Positions 17,549 to 28,547 of a stretch of 32,000 nucleotides of DNA are shown piece by piece. A model generated the notes under the pieces. It had not been told where the DNA came from and made no database searches. It worked only from the letters and a program-made list of their open reading frames with translations. Numbering within the stretch: the first letter of the stretch is position 1; every line of letters starts with the position of its first letter. The stretch comes from Pseudodesulfovibrio piezophilus C1TLV30 (GTDB lineage: Bacteria > Desulfobacterota > Desulfovibrionia > Desulfovibrionales > Desulfovibrionaceae), in NCBI RefSeq assembly GCF_000341895.1, contig NC_020409.1:600001-632000 (forward strand), written 5' to 3'. A program made the position numbers and the translations under genes.

Positions 17549-18124
17549 ATGCAAGATTACTTTCTTCTCTTTATTGGTGCAATGTTCGTCAACAACATTG
17601 TTCTGGCCCAATATCTCGGGAATTGTCCTTTCATAGGCACATCCAAAGAGTCAGGTGTTGCAATCGGCATGGGTGGAGCCGTTGTCTTTGTCGCAGTTAT
17701 GGCCACAGGGATTACATGGTTGGTTCAACACCATCTGCTTATCCCCTTTGGACTCGGTTATCTTCAAACATTGGCCTTTATTCTGGTTATTGCAGCATTA
17801 GTCCAATTTGTAGAAATGTTTCTCAAAAAAATGATTCCTCCTTTATACAAATCCCTAGGCATATTTTTACCTCTCATTACAACAAATTGTGCAGTCATGG
17901 GTATCGCTCTGATCTGTCAGCGAGAGGAATTCGGTCTGCTCCGATCCGTACTTTTCGCCTTTGCTTCCGGACTTGGCTTCATGCTCGCTCTGGTTCTTCT
18001 CGCTGGAATTCGTGAAAAACTGGCCGTTCGAAGACTCCCAGTATCCATGAGAGGAACGCCTATCGGTTTGATAATGGCAGGGCTGATGTCCCTGACTTTT
18101 TTCGCTTTCAAGGGAATGATTTAA
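17549..18124 (+). CDS. rnfA: RnfA membrane subunit
   Basis: Motifs are NNIVLAQYLGNCPFIG and ITTNCAVMGIAL. The 191-aa protein has six hydrophobic helices. Confidence 0.9.
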   Translation: MQDYFLLFIGAMFVNNIVLAQYLGNCPFIGTSKESGVAIGMGGAVVFVAVMATGITWLVQHHLLIPFGLGYLQTLAFILVIAALVQFVEMFLKKMIPPLYKSLGIFLPLITTNCAVMGIALICQREEFGLLRSVLFAFASGLGFMLALVLLAGIREKLAVRRLPVSMRGTPIGLIMAGLMSLTFFAFKGMI

Positions 18125-18181
18125 AATCAAAAAATTTGAAATACAGTAGAGCCGACACCATTCATCAGAGGAACTAATCAT

Positions 18182-20287
18182 ATGATATTAATATCAGGAC
18201 TCACTCTTTTCAGCATAGGTCTTGGAGCTGCTGCAATATTGGGTATAGCTTCGAAACTCCTCTACGTAAAAGAAGATCCACGGATTAATTTGATTGAAGA
18301 GTCCCTCCCCGGAGCCAATTGCGGTGGCTGTGGCTTCCCTGGGTGTTCAGGTGCAGCAGCAGCAATTGTGGCTGGCAAGGCTCCTGCGACAGTCTGTATT
18401 GTTGCCGACTCTGAAATGAGTCTGCTTGTTGCAGGAATTATGGGGCAGGAGGTTATTGAAAGAGAACCGGAACTCGCTATCCGGGATTGCTCAGGAGGAA
18501 TGCGTGCATCCGATTCCTTCCATTATGAAGGAGCACATGACTGCCGAGCCGCCCATCTCCTCTATGGTGGTTCAAAATCCTGTCCTGAAGGATGTCTCGG
18601 CCTGGGAACCTGTATGCGGGCCTGCCCTTTCGATGCTATCCAAATGAATGACCAGAATCTTCCAATCATTGATCCATTGGCATGCAAGGCATGTGGAAAC
18701 TGCGTTGACGCCTGCCCTCGTGGAGTTATTGGTGTAGCTGGAATCTCTGCTCGTCTGCTCCATCTCAACCTCACATCAGACTGTCTTGCCCCATGTCGCC
18801 AAAAATGCCCTGCACAAATAAATATTCCCAGATATATTGAACAGATAAAATCTGGTGATTACAATGGTGCGATTATGACTATCAAAGAGCGTAATCCTCT
18901 TCTTCTAACGTGTGGACGAGTTTGTCCCCGCCCCTGCGAGACTGAATGCCGCCGTCAATATGTGGATGAGACCGTCGGTATAAACATGCTCAAAAGGTTT
19001 GTGGCAGATAGGGAACTTCATACAGGAAAACACCTCCCTATTTCCTGCGCCAAAGATACCGGGAAAAAAGTCGCCATCATCGGCGGAGGTCCAGCAGGCC
19101 TCTCATGCGCTTATTTTCTACGTCGACTGGGGCATCAACCAACCATTTTTGAAGCAATGCCAAAACTTGGTGGGCAGACCCGCTATGGCATTCCGGAATA
19201 TCGCCTTCCTAAAGCAGATCTTGATTGGGAGATTCAAGGCATACTCGATCTTGGGATCGAAGCGAAAATGAATACAAAATTCGGTGTTGATTTTACCATT
19301 GAGACACTCAAAAAAGACAACTTTGAGACTATCTTCATTGGTATTGGAGCTTGGCAAGCTTCAGGTATGTATGCAGAAGGAGAAGACCTGAATGGTGTCA
19401 TGGGCGGTATCGAATTTCTCACTGCACACGCCATGGGACAAAAGATTGAAACAGGAGAACATGTCATCGTCGTAGGAGGAGGAAATACCGCTATTGATGC
19501 TGCGAGGACCTGTATTCGTCTCGGGGCACAGGTCACTCTTATGTATCGACGAACTCGTGCTGAAATGCCTGCTGATATGGAAGAAATTATTGGAGCAGAA
19601 GACGAAGGAGTCCAGTTCAAGTTTTTGGCAGCCCCTGCGCGAGTCATTGGAGATGAAAAGCACCACGCCACTCATTTGGAGTATTATGAGATGGAACTGG
19701 GAGAACCAGATGAATCTGGTCGGCGAAAACCTATCAAGAAAGAAGGCTCTGAACAACGTATGTGTGCAAATCTGATTATCCCGGCCATAGGACAAAAACC
19801 AGATCTCAAGTGTCTTTATGAAAATGAAGAAGAAGGAAGCTGCCTTTTGGAAACAACCCGATGGCAAACAATTGTTGCAGATTCCGAGACTTTCGAAACA
19901 GCTATACCAGGAGTCTTTACTGCCGGAGATGTCTATACTGGACCTGATTTGGTCATATCGGCAATTGGCGATGGCAGAAAAGCCGCACGAGCCATGCACT
20001 ACCATATGACAAAGGGCATTATTCCTCTCTCCGACCAGACACAAACAACAATGATCCCATATACGTTATTCAAGGAAGTTAGTGTTAAAGAAAAGAAAGA
20101 ACGAGCGACTCTTCCTCTCCTTTGTTATGGCGAGGAAAGAAATTGTACATTCAATGAGGTAGAAGGGACTCTTTCGGAGAGACAAGCGCAAAAAGAGGCA
20201 GATCGCTGCCTTCGCTGCGGCTTGCTCTGCTATGATGGCGACTCTGCACAGGAAACTCAGGGAGTTTTGAACACATTTGAAGAATAA
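18182..20287 (+). CDS. rnfB: RnfB fused to a GltD/NfnB-like FAD- and NAD(P)H-dependent oxidoreductase module
   Basis: Residues 1-195 are RnfB: a TM helix, NCGGCGFPGC, and a 2x[4Fe-4S] region (CPEGCLGLGTCMRACP and CKACGNCVDACP). Residues ~196-610 are GltD-like: CRQKCPAQINIPRYI...CGRVCPRPCETEC, the FAD fold VAIIGGGPAGLSCA, the NAD(P)H fold VVGGGNTAIDAAR followed by MYRRTRAEMPA, LGEPDESGRRKP, and GVFTAGDV. The C-terminus has EADRCLRCGLLC. Confidence 0.85.
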   Translation: MILISGLTLFSIGLGAAAILGIASKLLYVKEDPRINLIEESLPGANCGGCGFPGCSGAAAAIVAGKAPATVCIVADSEMSLLVAGIMGQEVIEREPELAIRDCSGGMRASDSFHYEGAHDCRAAHLLYGGSKSCPEGCLGLGTCMRACPFDAIQMNDQNLPIIDPLACKACGNCVDACPRGVIGVAGISARLLHLNLTSDCLAPCRQKCPAQINIPRYIEQIKSGDYNGAIMTIKERNPLLLTCGRVCPRPCETECRRQYVDETVGINMLKRFVADRELHTGKHLPISCAKDTGKKVAIIGGGPAGLSCAYFLRRLGHQPTIFEAMPKLGGQTRYGIPEYRLPKADLDWEIQGILDLGIEAKMNTKFGVDFTIETLKKDNFETIFIGIGAWQASGMYAEGEDLNGVMGGIEFLTAHAMGQKIETGEHVIVVGGGNTAIDAARTCIRLGAQVTLMYRRTRAEMPADMEEIIGAEDEGVQFKFLAAPARVIGDEKHHATHLEYYEMELGEPDESGRRKPIKKEGSEQRMCANLIIPAIGQKPDLKCLYENEEEGSCLLETTRWQTIVADSETFETAIPGVFTAGDVYTGPDLVISAIGDGRKAARAMHYHMTKGIIPLSDQTQTTMIPYTLFKEVSVKEKKERATLPLLCYGEERNCTFNEVEGTLSERQAQKEADRCLRCGLLCYDGDSAQETQGVLNTFEE

Positions 20288-20358
20288 GGACAAAATATGC
20301 TTTCCCAGAAAGTAACATGACGCAGTATTCCCTCGACAACAATACGGCGCTCATGTCC

Positions 20359-20386
20359 GGGAGGGTTTTGCTGCGAAAACCCTCCC
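20359..20386 (+). terminator. Hairpin terminator after the rnf operon
   Basis: GGGAGGGTTTT pairs with AAAACCCTCCC in a perfect 11-bp stem with a 6-nt loop. The downstream T-tract is weak. Confidence 0.55.
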
Positions 20387-20458
20387 GCTTCCGGGAAAAG
20401 AAAAAGGACTCCTACGATGTTTCAAGGTAATAATATCAAGACCACACCATAAACAATG

Positions 20459-20486
20459 TTGACCATCAATACTATACGAGTATCTT
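20459..20486 (+). promoter_or_regulatory. Possible sigma-70-type promoter for ackA-por
   Basis: The pattern is TTGACC (20459-20464), N16, TATCTT (20481-20486), about 50 nt upstream of the ackA ATG. This is a pattern match only. Confidence 0.3.
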
Positions 20487-20538
20487 GGCACCCTGTCTCC
20501 TGTCACACACTTGGATACAGGCAAAAAGGATTCCTGTT

Positions 20539-21738
20539 ATGAACATTCTCGTTATCAATTGCGGCAGTTCTTCATTGAAATACCAGCTTCGAAATATAAA
20601 CACCCAGAGAGTCATGGCGAGCGGCGTGGTGGAACGGATAGGTGAGTCCATGGGCCAAATCACACAAAGATCTTTTCCAGACAAATGGCCTGATACCAAG
20701 GATACGGAAGAATTGCCCATTCTCAATCACGAGGCTGCGATGAAGCTTATGGTTTCAAAACTCACCAATGGAGTTATCCAATCCCCTCATGAAATCGACG
20801 CAATAGGACATAGAGTTGTTCAGGGGGGTGAATCTTTCTCTCACCCAGTATTGGTCGATGAAAATGTCATGAATACGATCAAAGATAATATCCCACTCGC
20901 CCCCCTTCACAACCCTGCCAACCTCATAGGCCTTGAACAGGCAATGATCCTGTTCCCCGAAACACCAAATGTTGCAGTATTTGATACCGAATTCCATCAA
21001 ACACTTCCAAGGCATGCCTATATGTATCCTGTGCCGAAGATATTTTATGAACAGTTCAAGGTACGCAAATACGGCTTTCATGGCACTTCACATAAATATG
21101 TTAGTAAAACAGCATCAGTCTTTATCGGACAAAAAATTGAAGAGACCAGTCTCATTACTGTGCATCTTGGTAATGGCTGCTCCATGGCTGCCATAAAAAA
21201 TGGTAAATGCATTGAGACTTCTATGGGCTTGACTCCGTTGGCTGGCCTCATGATGGGGACTCGATGTGGAGATATTGACCCGGCTTTTCATATTTTTCTT
21301 GCAAAAAACAAAGGATTACCCCTCTCCGAGATTGATATATTACTCAATAAATCAAGTGGATTATTAGGAATATGTAGAAAGAACGACATGCGTGACATCC
21401 ATGAAGCCCGGCTTCACGGTGACGACGATGCACAGCTTGCTTTCGAGATGTTTACCTACCGGGTCAAGGCAACCATCGGTGCCTATCTTGCGATCCTCGG
21501 ATCGGTGAACGCCATTGTTTTCACTGCTGGCATCGGAGAAAATGATCCTGATGTCAGGTCTATGGCATGTGATGGTTTAGAGAATTTCGGTATCAATATT
21601 GACCCCACAAAAAATAATGAAAAAACCGCCGAGGCACGGTATATTAATACTGAACAGAGTCGGATCAAAGTTCTCGTGGTCCCCACCAACGAGGAATTAG
21701 AAATCGCGAAAGCCACGGCAGAAGTCGTCAATGACTAA
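20539..21738 (+). CDS. ackA: Acetate kinase
   Basis: Motifs are MNILVINCGSSSLKYQL, IGHRVVQGG, FDTEFHQTLP, YGFHGTSH, HLGNGCS, GIGEND and NEELEIA. The start is taken at ATG 20539, not the track start at 20485. Confidence 0.95.
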   Translation: MNILVINCGSSSLKYQLRNINTQRVMASGVVERIGESMGQITQRSFPDKWPDTKDTEELPILNHEAAMKLMVSKLTNGVIQSPHEIDAIGHRVVQGGESFSHPVLVDENVMNTIKDNIPLAPLHNPANLIGLEQAMILFPETPNVAVFDTEFHQTLPRHAYMYPVPKIFYEQFKVRKYGFHGTSHKYVSKTASVFIGQKIEETSLITVHLGNGCSMAAIKNGKCIETSMGLTPLAGLMMGTRCGDIDPAFHIFLAKNKGLPLSEIDILLNKSSGLLGICRKNDMRDIHEARLHGDDDAQLAFEMFTYRVKATIGAYLAILGSVNAIVFTAGIGENDPDVRSMACDGLENFGINIDPTKNNEKTAEARYINTEQSRIKVLVVPTNEELEIAKATAEVVND

Positions 21739-21770
21739 GGGCGTAATCCCCAGAATATATACGTAATTGA

Positions 21771-25394
<3,624 letters not shown>

Positions 25395-25453
25395 AAGGAC
25401 CACGAGTTCCATTATAGCAAAATGAGAGGGTAAATCCCCCTCTTTAACTGTGT

Positions 25454-25485
25454 AAAGTGCCTCCTGCTCATGCGGGAGGCACTTT
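25454..25485 (+). terminator. Hairpin terminator after por
   Basis: AAAGTGCCTCC pairs with GGAGGCACTTT in a perfect 11-bp stem with a 10-nt loop. Confidence 0.65.
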
Positions 25486-25628
25486 CATATATGCAAGCAT
25501 CAGACAAAATCAATTTATTAGATTATGATAACTATATCACACTGACCCTGTTGAGACTTGAATAATTCGAGCACATTTCAAGATCACCAACTCTGCCACA
25601 TGGTCCATGTCCTTGTTGGTCGAAGCAT

Positions 25629-25658
25629 AAAAAAAAGGGAGGACATTATTGCCCTCCC
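25629..25658 (-). terminator. Rho-independent terminator of the YgiW-like gene
   Basis: On the minus strand the sequence reads GGGAGG, a 10-nt loop, CCTCCC, then TTTTTTTT. Confidence 0.75.
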
Positions 25659-25682
25659 CTTCTTCAATCAACACTTCAACTC

Positions 25683-26027
25683 TTAGTTAATGGTATTAAC
25701 AGCACACGCCTGAACTTCAGTGTACATGAAGTTTTGAACGATCATGCCTTCCACCTGCACCTCATTCTTTTCATTGACAGCCTGTTGTATTCCAGCATCA
25801 TTCACATAAAGCAGCAATTCGCCTGTATTGTCTGCAAACAGAAACTCATTGTCCTTAATTTGGCGAACAAAATGCCCATTCAATACAACACTGGTGTCAA
25901 TGCCAGAAACCTTTGCTTCCGCAACAGATGTAGCCTTGTATGGCCCAGCGGCATAAGATTCCTGGGATGAAAAAATGAATGCCGATATCATAAGAAACAG
26001 CACAAAAAATATTCCAGAAGTTTTCAT
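25683..26027 (-). CDS. Periplasmic OB-fold stress protein, YgiW/BOF family
   Basis: The signal peptide is MKTSGIFFVLFLMISAFIFSSQESYAA. The mature part follows the E. coli YgiW pattern (TSVAEAK..VVLNGHFVRQIKDNEFLFADNTGELLLYV...VQVEGMI). The start is taken at ATG 26027, not 26102. Confidence 0.75.
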   Translation of the reverse strand: MKTSGIFFVLFLMISAFIFSSQESYAAGPYKATSVAEAKVSGIDTSVVLNGHFVRQIKDNEFLFADNTGELLLYVNDAGIQQAVNEKNEVQVEGMIVQNFMYTEVQACAVNTIN

Positions 26028-26294
26028 TGTATTATCCTCAAAATTTGAATTGTCTCTTTTAATCTGCCAGGACTTTCCTGACTCACGTCTAAACGATAAC
26101 ACATCTTAATCTTTTATCCAGATTTTTTTTCATGCTTAACATATTGGAATAACAGAATATTATAATATATTCTTTATTTTGACTGATTAGTCAATCAAAA
26201 AAATATCTTTAGTCACCTTCCTATGACAATCCAATTGAGAAATACCTGCACCAGAGCAAAACACATTTCAATAACAAATTTTCTTGCCCTCCCC

Positions 26295-26330
26295 AAAGAA
26301 AAGCGCCCGAAAGAAGAGTCTTTCGAGCGC
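26295..26330 (-). terminator. Rho-independent terminator of sodN
   Basis: On the minus strand the sequence reads GCGCTCGAAAGA, CTCT, TCTTTCGGGCGC, then TTTTCTTT. This is a 12-bp stem with one G-U pair, starting 25 nt after the stop codon. Confidence 0.8.
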
Positions 26331-26355
26331 GACCTGACGGTACACAAAATACCGA

Positions 26356-26811
26356 TTAGTGCTTATGCTCAGGGTAATACTCAAGAAGAGCTTTGACGTA
26401 TCCCTCAAGAGCATCCACTGGCTCTATTGAAGCATTTTGCTTGGCCTTCATGGCTCCGACTATAACGGCATGATGCTTCTTTAAACGTTCAACATAATCT
26501 TTCTGATCCGCCTTGACTCGTTGAGTCAGGAAATAATCAGAAATGGTGCTGATAATTTTTTGAGCATGTATTTCTTTATTATCAACCCAACGAACAAACT
26601 GCTGACGAGACTGGATATCTGTTTTATCGACCAACTCCTGAAGCATGGTTACTGCTTTTCGTATAGTAGCAACATCTTCCAACAGAGCTTCTACGCGAGC
26701 ATTGTCATCGTAAATACCACAAGGAACTTGGCAATGAGCTAAGGCTTGACTCGGCAGCACAAGCAAAATCGCTATAAAAATTATGAAACTAAGACTCTTG
26801 AATTGTTTCAT
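26356..26811 (-). CDS. sodN: Nickel superoxide dismutase precursor with a Sec-type signal peptide
   Basis: The Ni-hook HCQVPCGIYD (consensus HCxxPCGxY) directly follows the signal-peptide-like sequence MKQFKSLSFIIFIAILLVLPSQALA. Downstream helices resemble Streptomyces SodN (KEIHAQKIISTISDYF). The RBS AAGGAG precedes ATG 26811. Confidence 0.85.
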   Translation of the reverse strand: MKQFKSLSFIIFIAILLVLPSQALAHCQVPCGIYDDNARVEALLEDVATIRKAVTMLQELVDKTDIQSRQQFVRWVDNKEIHAQKIISTISDYFLTQRVKADQKDYVERLKKHHAVIVGAMKAKQNASIEPVDALEGYVKALLEYYPEHKH

Positions 26812-27011
26812 TAAACTTCTCCTTGTACTCAACAGGAGCACGCTTTTTGTTGGACCGTACACATGCACAGCCTATGGAATTCCAACTTACTCTATATAAA
26901 AGATTCCAAAACACGTCTAGTAGCCGAAAAAATCTTCTCCTCAGCTCTGATTTTTCGTATGCTACTTCAATAACTTTAAACGATACCTTACAGTATTAAA
27001 ATGGATACTCA

Positions 27012-28373
27012 ATGCCACCAATAAATACTTCGATTTTCCAGCTACTCAAAATTGGTCCAGGACCTTCAAGCTCCCATACTATTGGTCCAATGAAAGCGGG
27101 ATTTGACTTCATGGACTTTGCTCGACACCTTCCACAGAAAGAGAAGGAGCGATGCAATACACTCGAAATACGTCTTTTCGGCTCCCTCTCAGCGACAGGA
27201 GAAGGACACGGTACTCGTCGAGCCGTCATGTCTGGCTTACTTGGCCATCTTCCACATACCTGCCAACCCAATATTCTTGAGCAATGTGATAATTTAAGCC
27301 AAATCTTTCAGCTGAACCTTGGCGGACTTGAAATTCCATATAGTCCAAGCGACATAATCTTTGACCAGGTTCAACATAGCTATCTGCATAGCAACACGAT
27401 GGTCTTTCGAATAAAAGCCGATAGTGAAGTAATTTGTGAACGAATTTATTTTTCAGTCGGTGGTGGTTTTCTGCGATGGCAAGGTTGGAAGGAACCAGAG
27501 CGTAGCCTTCCTCTCTATCCATACAACTCCATGGCTGAGTTAAAAAAGCACCTGAAAGAGAATCACATCCGCCTTCATGAACTTATTCTTGCAAACGAAC
27601 AGGCTCTTACTGGCAAGAGTCTTGATGAAATTAATGCTGGTTTAGACCAGATTATTGAAGTTATGGAAAACGCAGTTGAAACCGGCATATCAAGAGAAGG
27701 TTTCCTCCCAGGTGAAATAGGATTGAAGCGAAAAGCTTCTGTAATGTATGCGCGAGCCAAGGAAGAGCACTTTCAGGGACCAGGCTTCATTAAGGCACTG
27801 AACGCCTATGCCCTTGCCGCGTCTGAAGAAAATGCGTCAGGTCGTTGTGTTGTAACAGCTCCGACTTGTGGGGCAGCAGGAGTTATTCCCTCTGTCGTTT
27901 TCATGCTTAAACGACACATGGGCGCCTTACAGGAAGAGGTTCGTCAAGGATTACTTGCTGCAGTTGCGATTGGTTTTTTGTGTAAGCACAATGCATCAAT
28001 TTCCGGTGCAGAGGTCGGCTGCCAAGGGGAAGTAGGGGTCGCTTCGGCAATGGCTGCGGCTTTTCTGGCCTACGCTCGAGGCTATCGATTTCAGGTTACT
28101 GAAAATGCCGCAGAAATAGCAATGGAACACCATCTAGGCCTGACATGTGACCCTGTGGGGGGGTATGTTCAGATTCCCTGCATTGAAAGGAATGCCATGG
28201 GGGCAGTCAAGGCCTACAATGCCTATCTAATAGCTTCAACCCTTGATGAATCCTACCATATCGTCAATTTGGACAAAGCCATACATGCGATGGCACAAAC
28301 TGGACGCGATATGTCTCGAAAATACAAAGAAACATCTCTTGGTGGTCTGGCTTTGTCCATGACAGAGTGTTAA
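27012..28373 (+). CDS. sdaA: L-serine dehydratase (Fe-S dependent, single chain)
   Basis: Motifs are LKIGPGPSSSHTIGPM, TAPTCGAAGVIP, GAEVGCQGEVGVASAMAAA and CDPVGGYVQIPCIERNA. Confidence 0.9.
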   Translation: MPPINTSIFQLLKIGPGPSSSHTIGPMKAGFDFMDFARHLPQKEKERCNTLEIRLFGSLSATGEGHGTRRAVMSGLLGHLPHTCQPNILEQCDNLSQIFQLNLGGLEIPYSPSDIIFDQVQHSYLHSNTMVFRIKADSEVICERIYFSVGGGFLRWQGWKEPERSLPLYPYNSMAELKKHLKENHIRLHELILANEQALTGKSLDEINAGLDQIIEVMENAVETGISREGFLPGEIGLKRKASVMYARAKEEHFQGPGFIKALNAYALAASEENASGRCVVTAPTCGAAGVIPSVVFMLKRHMGALQEEVRQGLLAAVAIGFLCKHNASISGAEVGCQGEVGVASAMAAAFLAYARGYRFQVTENAAEIAMEHHLGLTCDPVGGYVQIPCIERNAMGAVKAYNAYLIASTLDESYHIVNLDKAIHAMAQTGRDMSRKYKETSLGGLALSMTEC

Positions 28374-28547
28374 TATGTCAACACCCTGTATATATTAAAT
28401 TTTACTCAATATACGAAAATTACAAAATTGACAGAATATAATTCGCAATCATTCTGCAATGGCTGAATTATGATTGCTCATCGTATAATATTTTGCTAGG
28501 CACAGCTCTGGTCTTCTGGCCCGAATAAAGTCATTGGGGAGTTTTCT

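Noticed and set aside
19361-20044. A 227-aa minus-strand ORF lies inside rnfB. Similar antisense ORFs occur at 3036-3485, 8298-8849 and 29649-30245.
   Set aside because: Each is antisense to a gene with unambiguous family motifs, and none has motifs or translation signals. Open antisense frames of this kind are expected by chance.
20317-20430. A 37-codon ORF (MTQYSLDNNTALMSGRVLLRKPSRFREKKKDSYDVSR) lies in the rnfB-ackA spacer.
   Set aside because: It has no Shine-Dalgarno sequence, and the frame runs straight through the rnf terminator hairpin (20359-20386). It is most likely non-coding.
20486-20500. TGGCAC upstream of ackA looked like a second sigma-54 promoter.
   Set aside because: The -12 position reads CTCC instead of TTGC, so only the -24 half matches. 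A sigma-70-like TTGACC-N16-TATCTT overlaps the same spot and is the simpler explanation.
20485-20538. Extended starts are given in the track for ackA (20485). The same issue applies to por (21780), rnfE (16834), sodN (26868) and the YgiW-like gene (26102).
   Set aside because: In each case an internal ATG with a recognisable Shine-Dalgarno sequence gives the N-terminus typical of the family ([29 protein letters not shown], and signal peptides starting MKQFK and MKTSG). The extensions have no RBS.
26155-26172. GAATAT-TATAAT-ATATTC looked like a symmetric operator with an embedded -10 box.
   Set aside because: Only the outer 6 bp are complementary and the centre is not symmetric. The whole stretch is low-complexity AT sequence, where such matches arise by chance.
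26223-26396. A 57-codon + strand ORF lies in the spacer between the YgiW-like gene and sodN.
   Set aside because: It is preceded by CCTTCCT (anti-SD-like) rather than an RBS. It crosses the sodN terminator and runs antisense into the sodN 3' end, and it has no recognisable motif.
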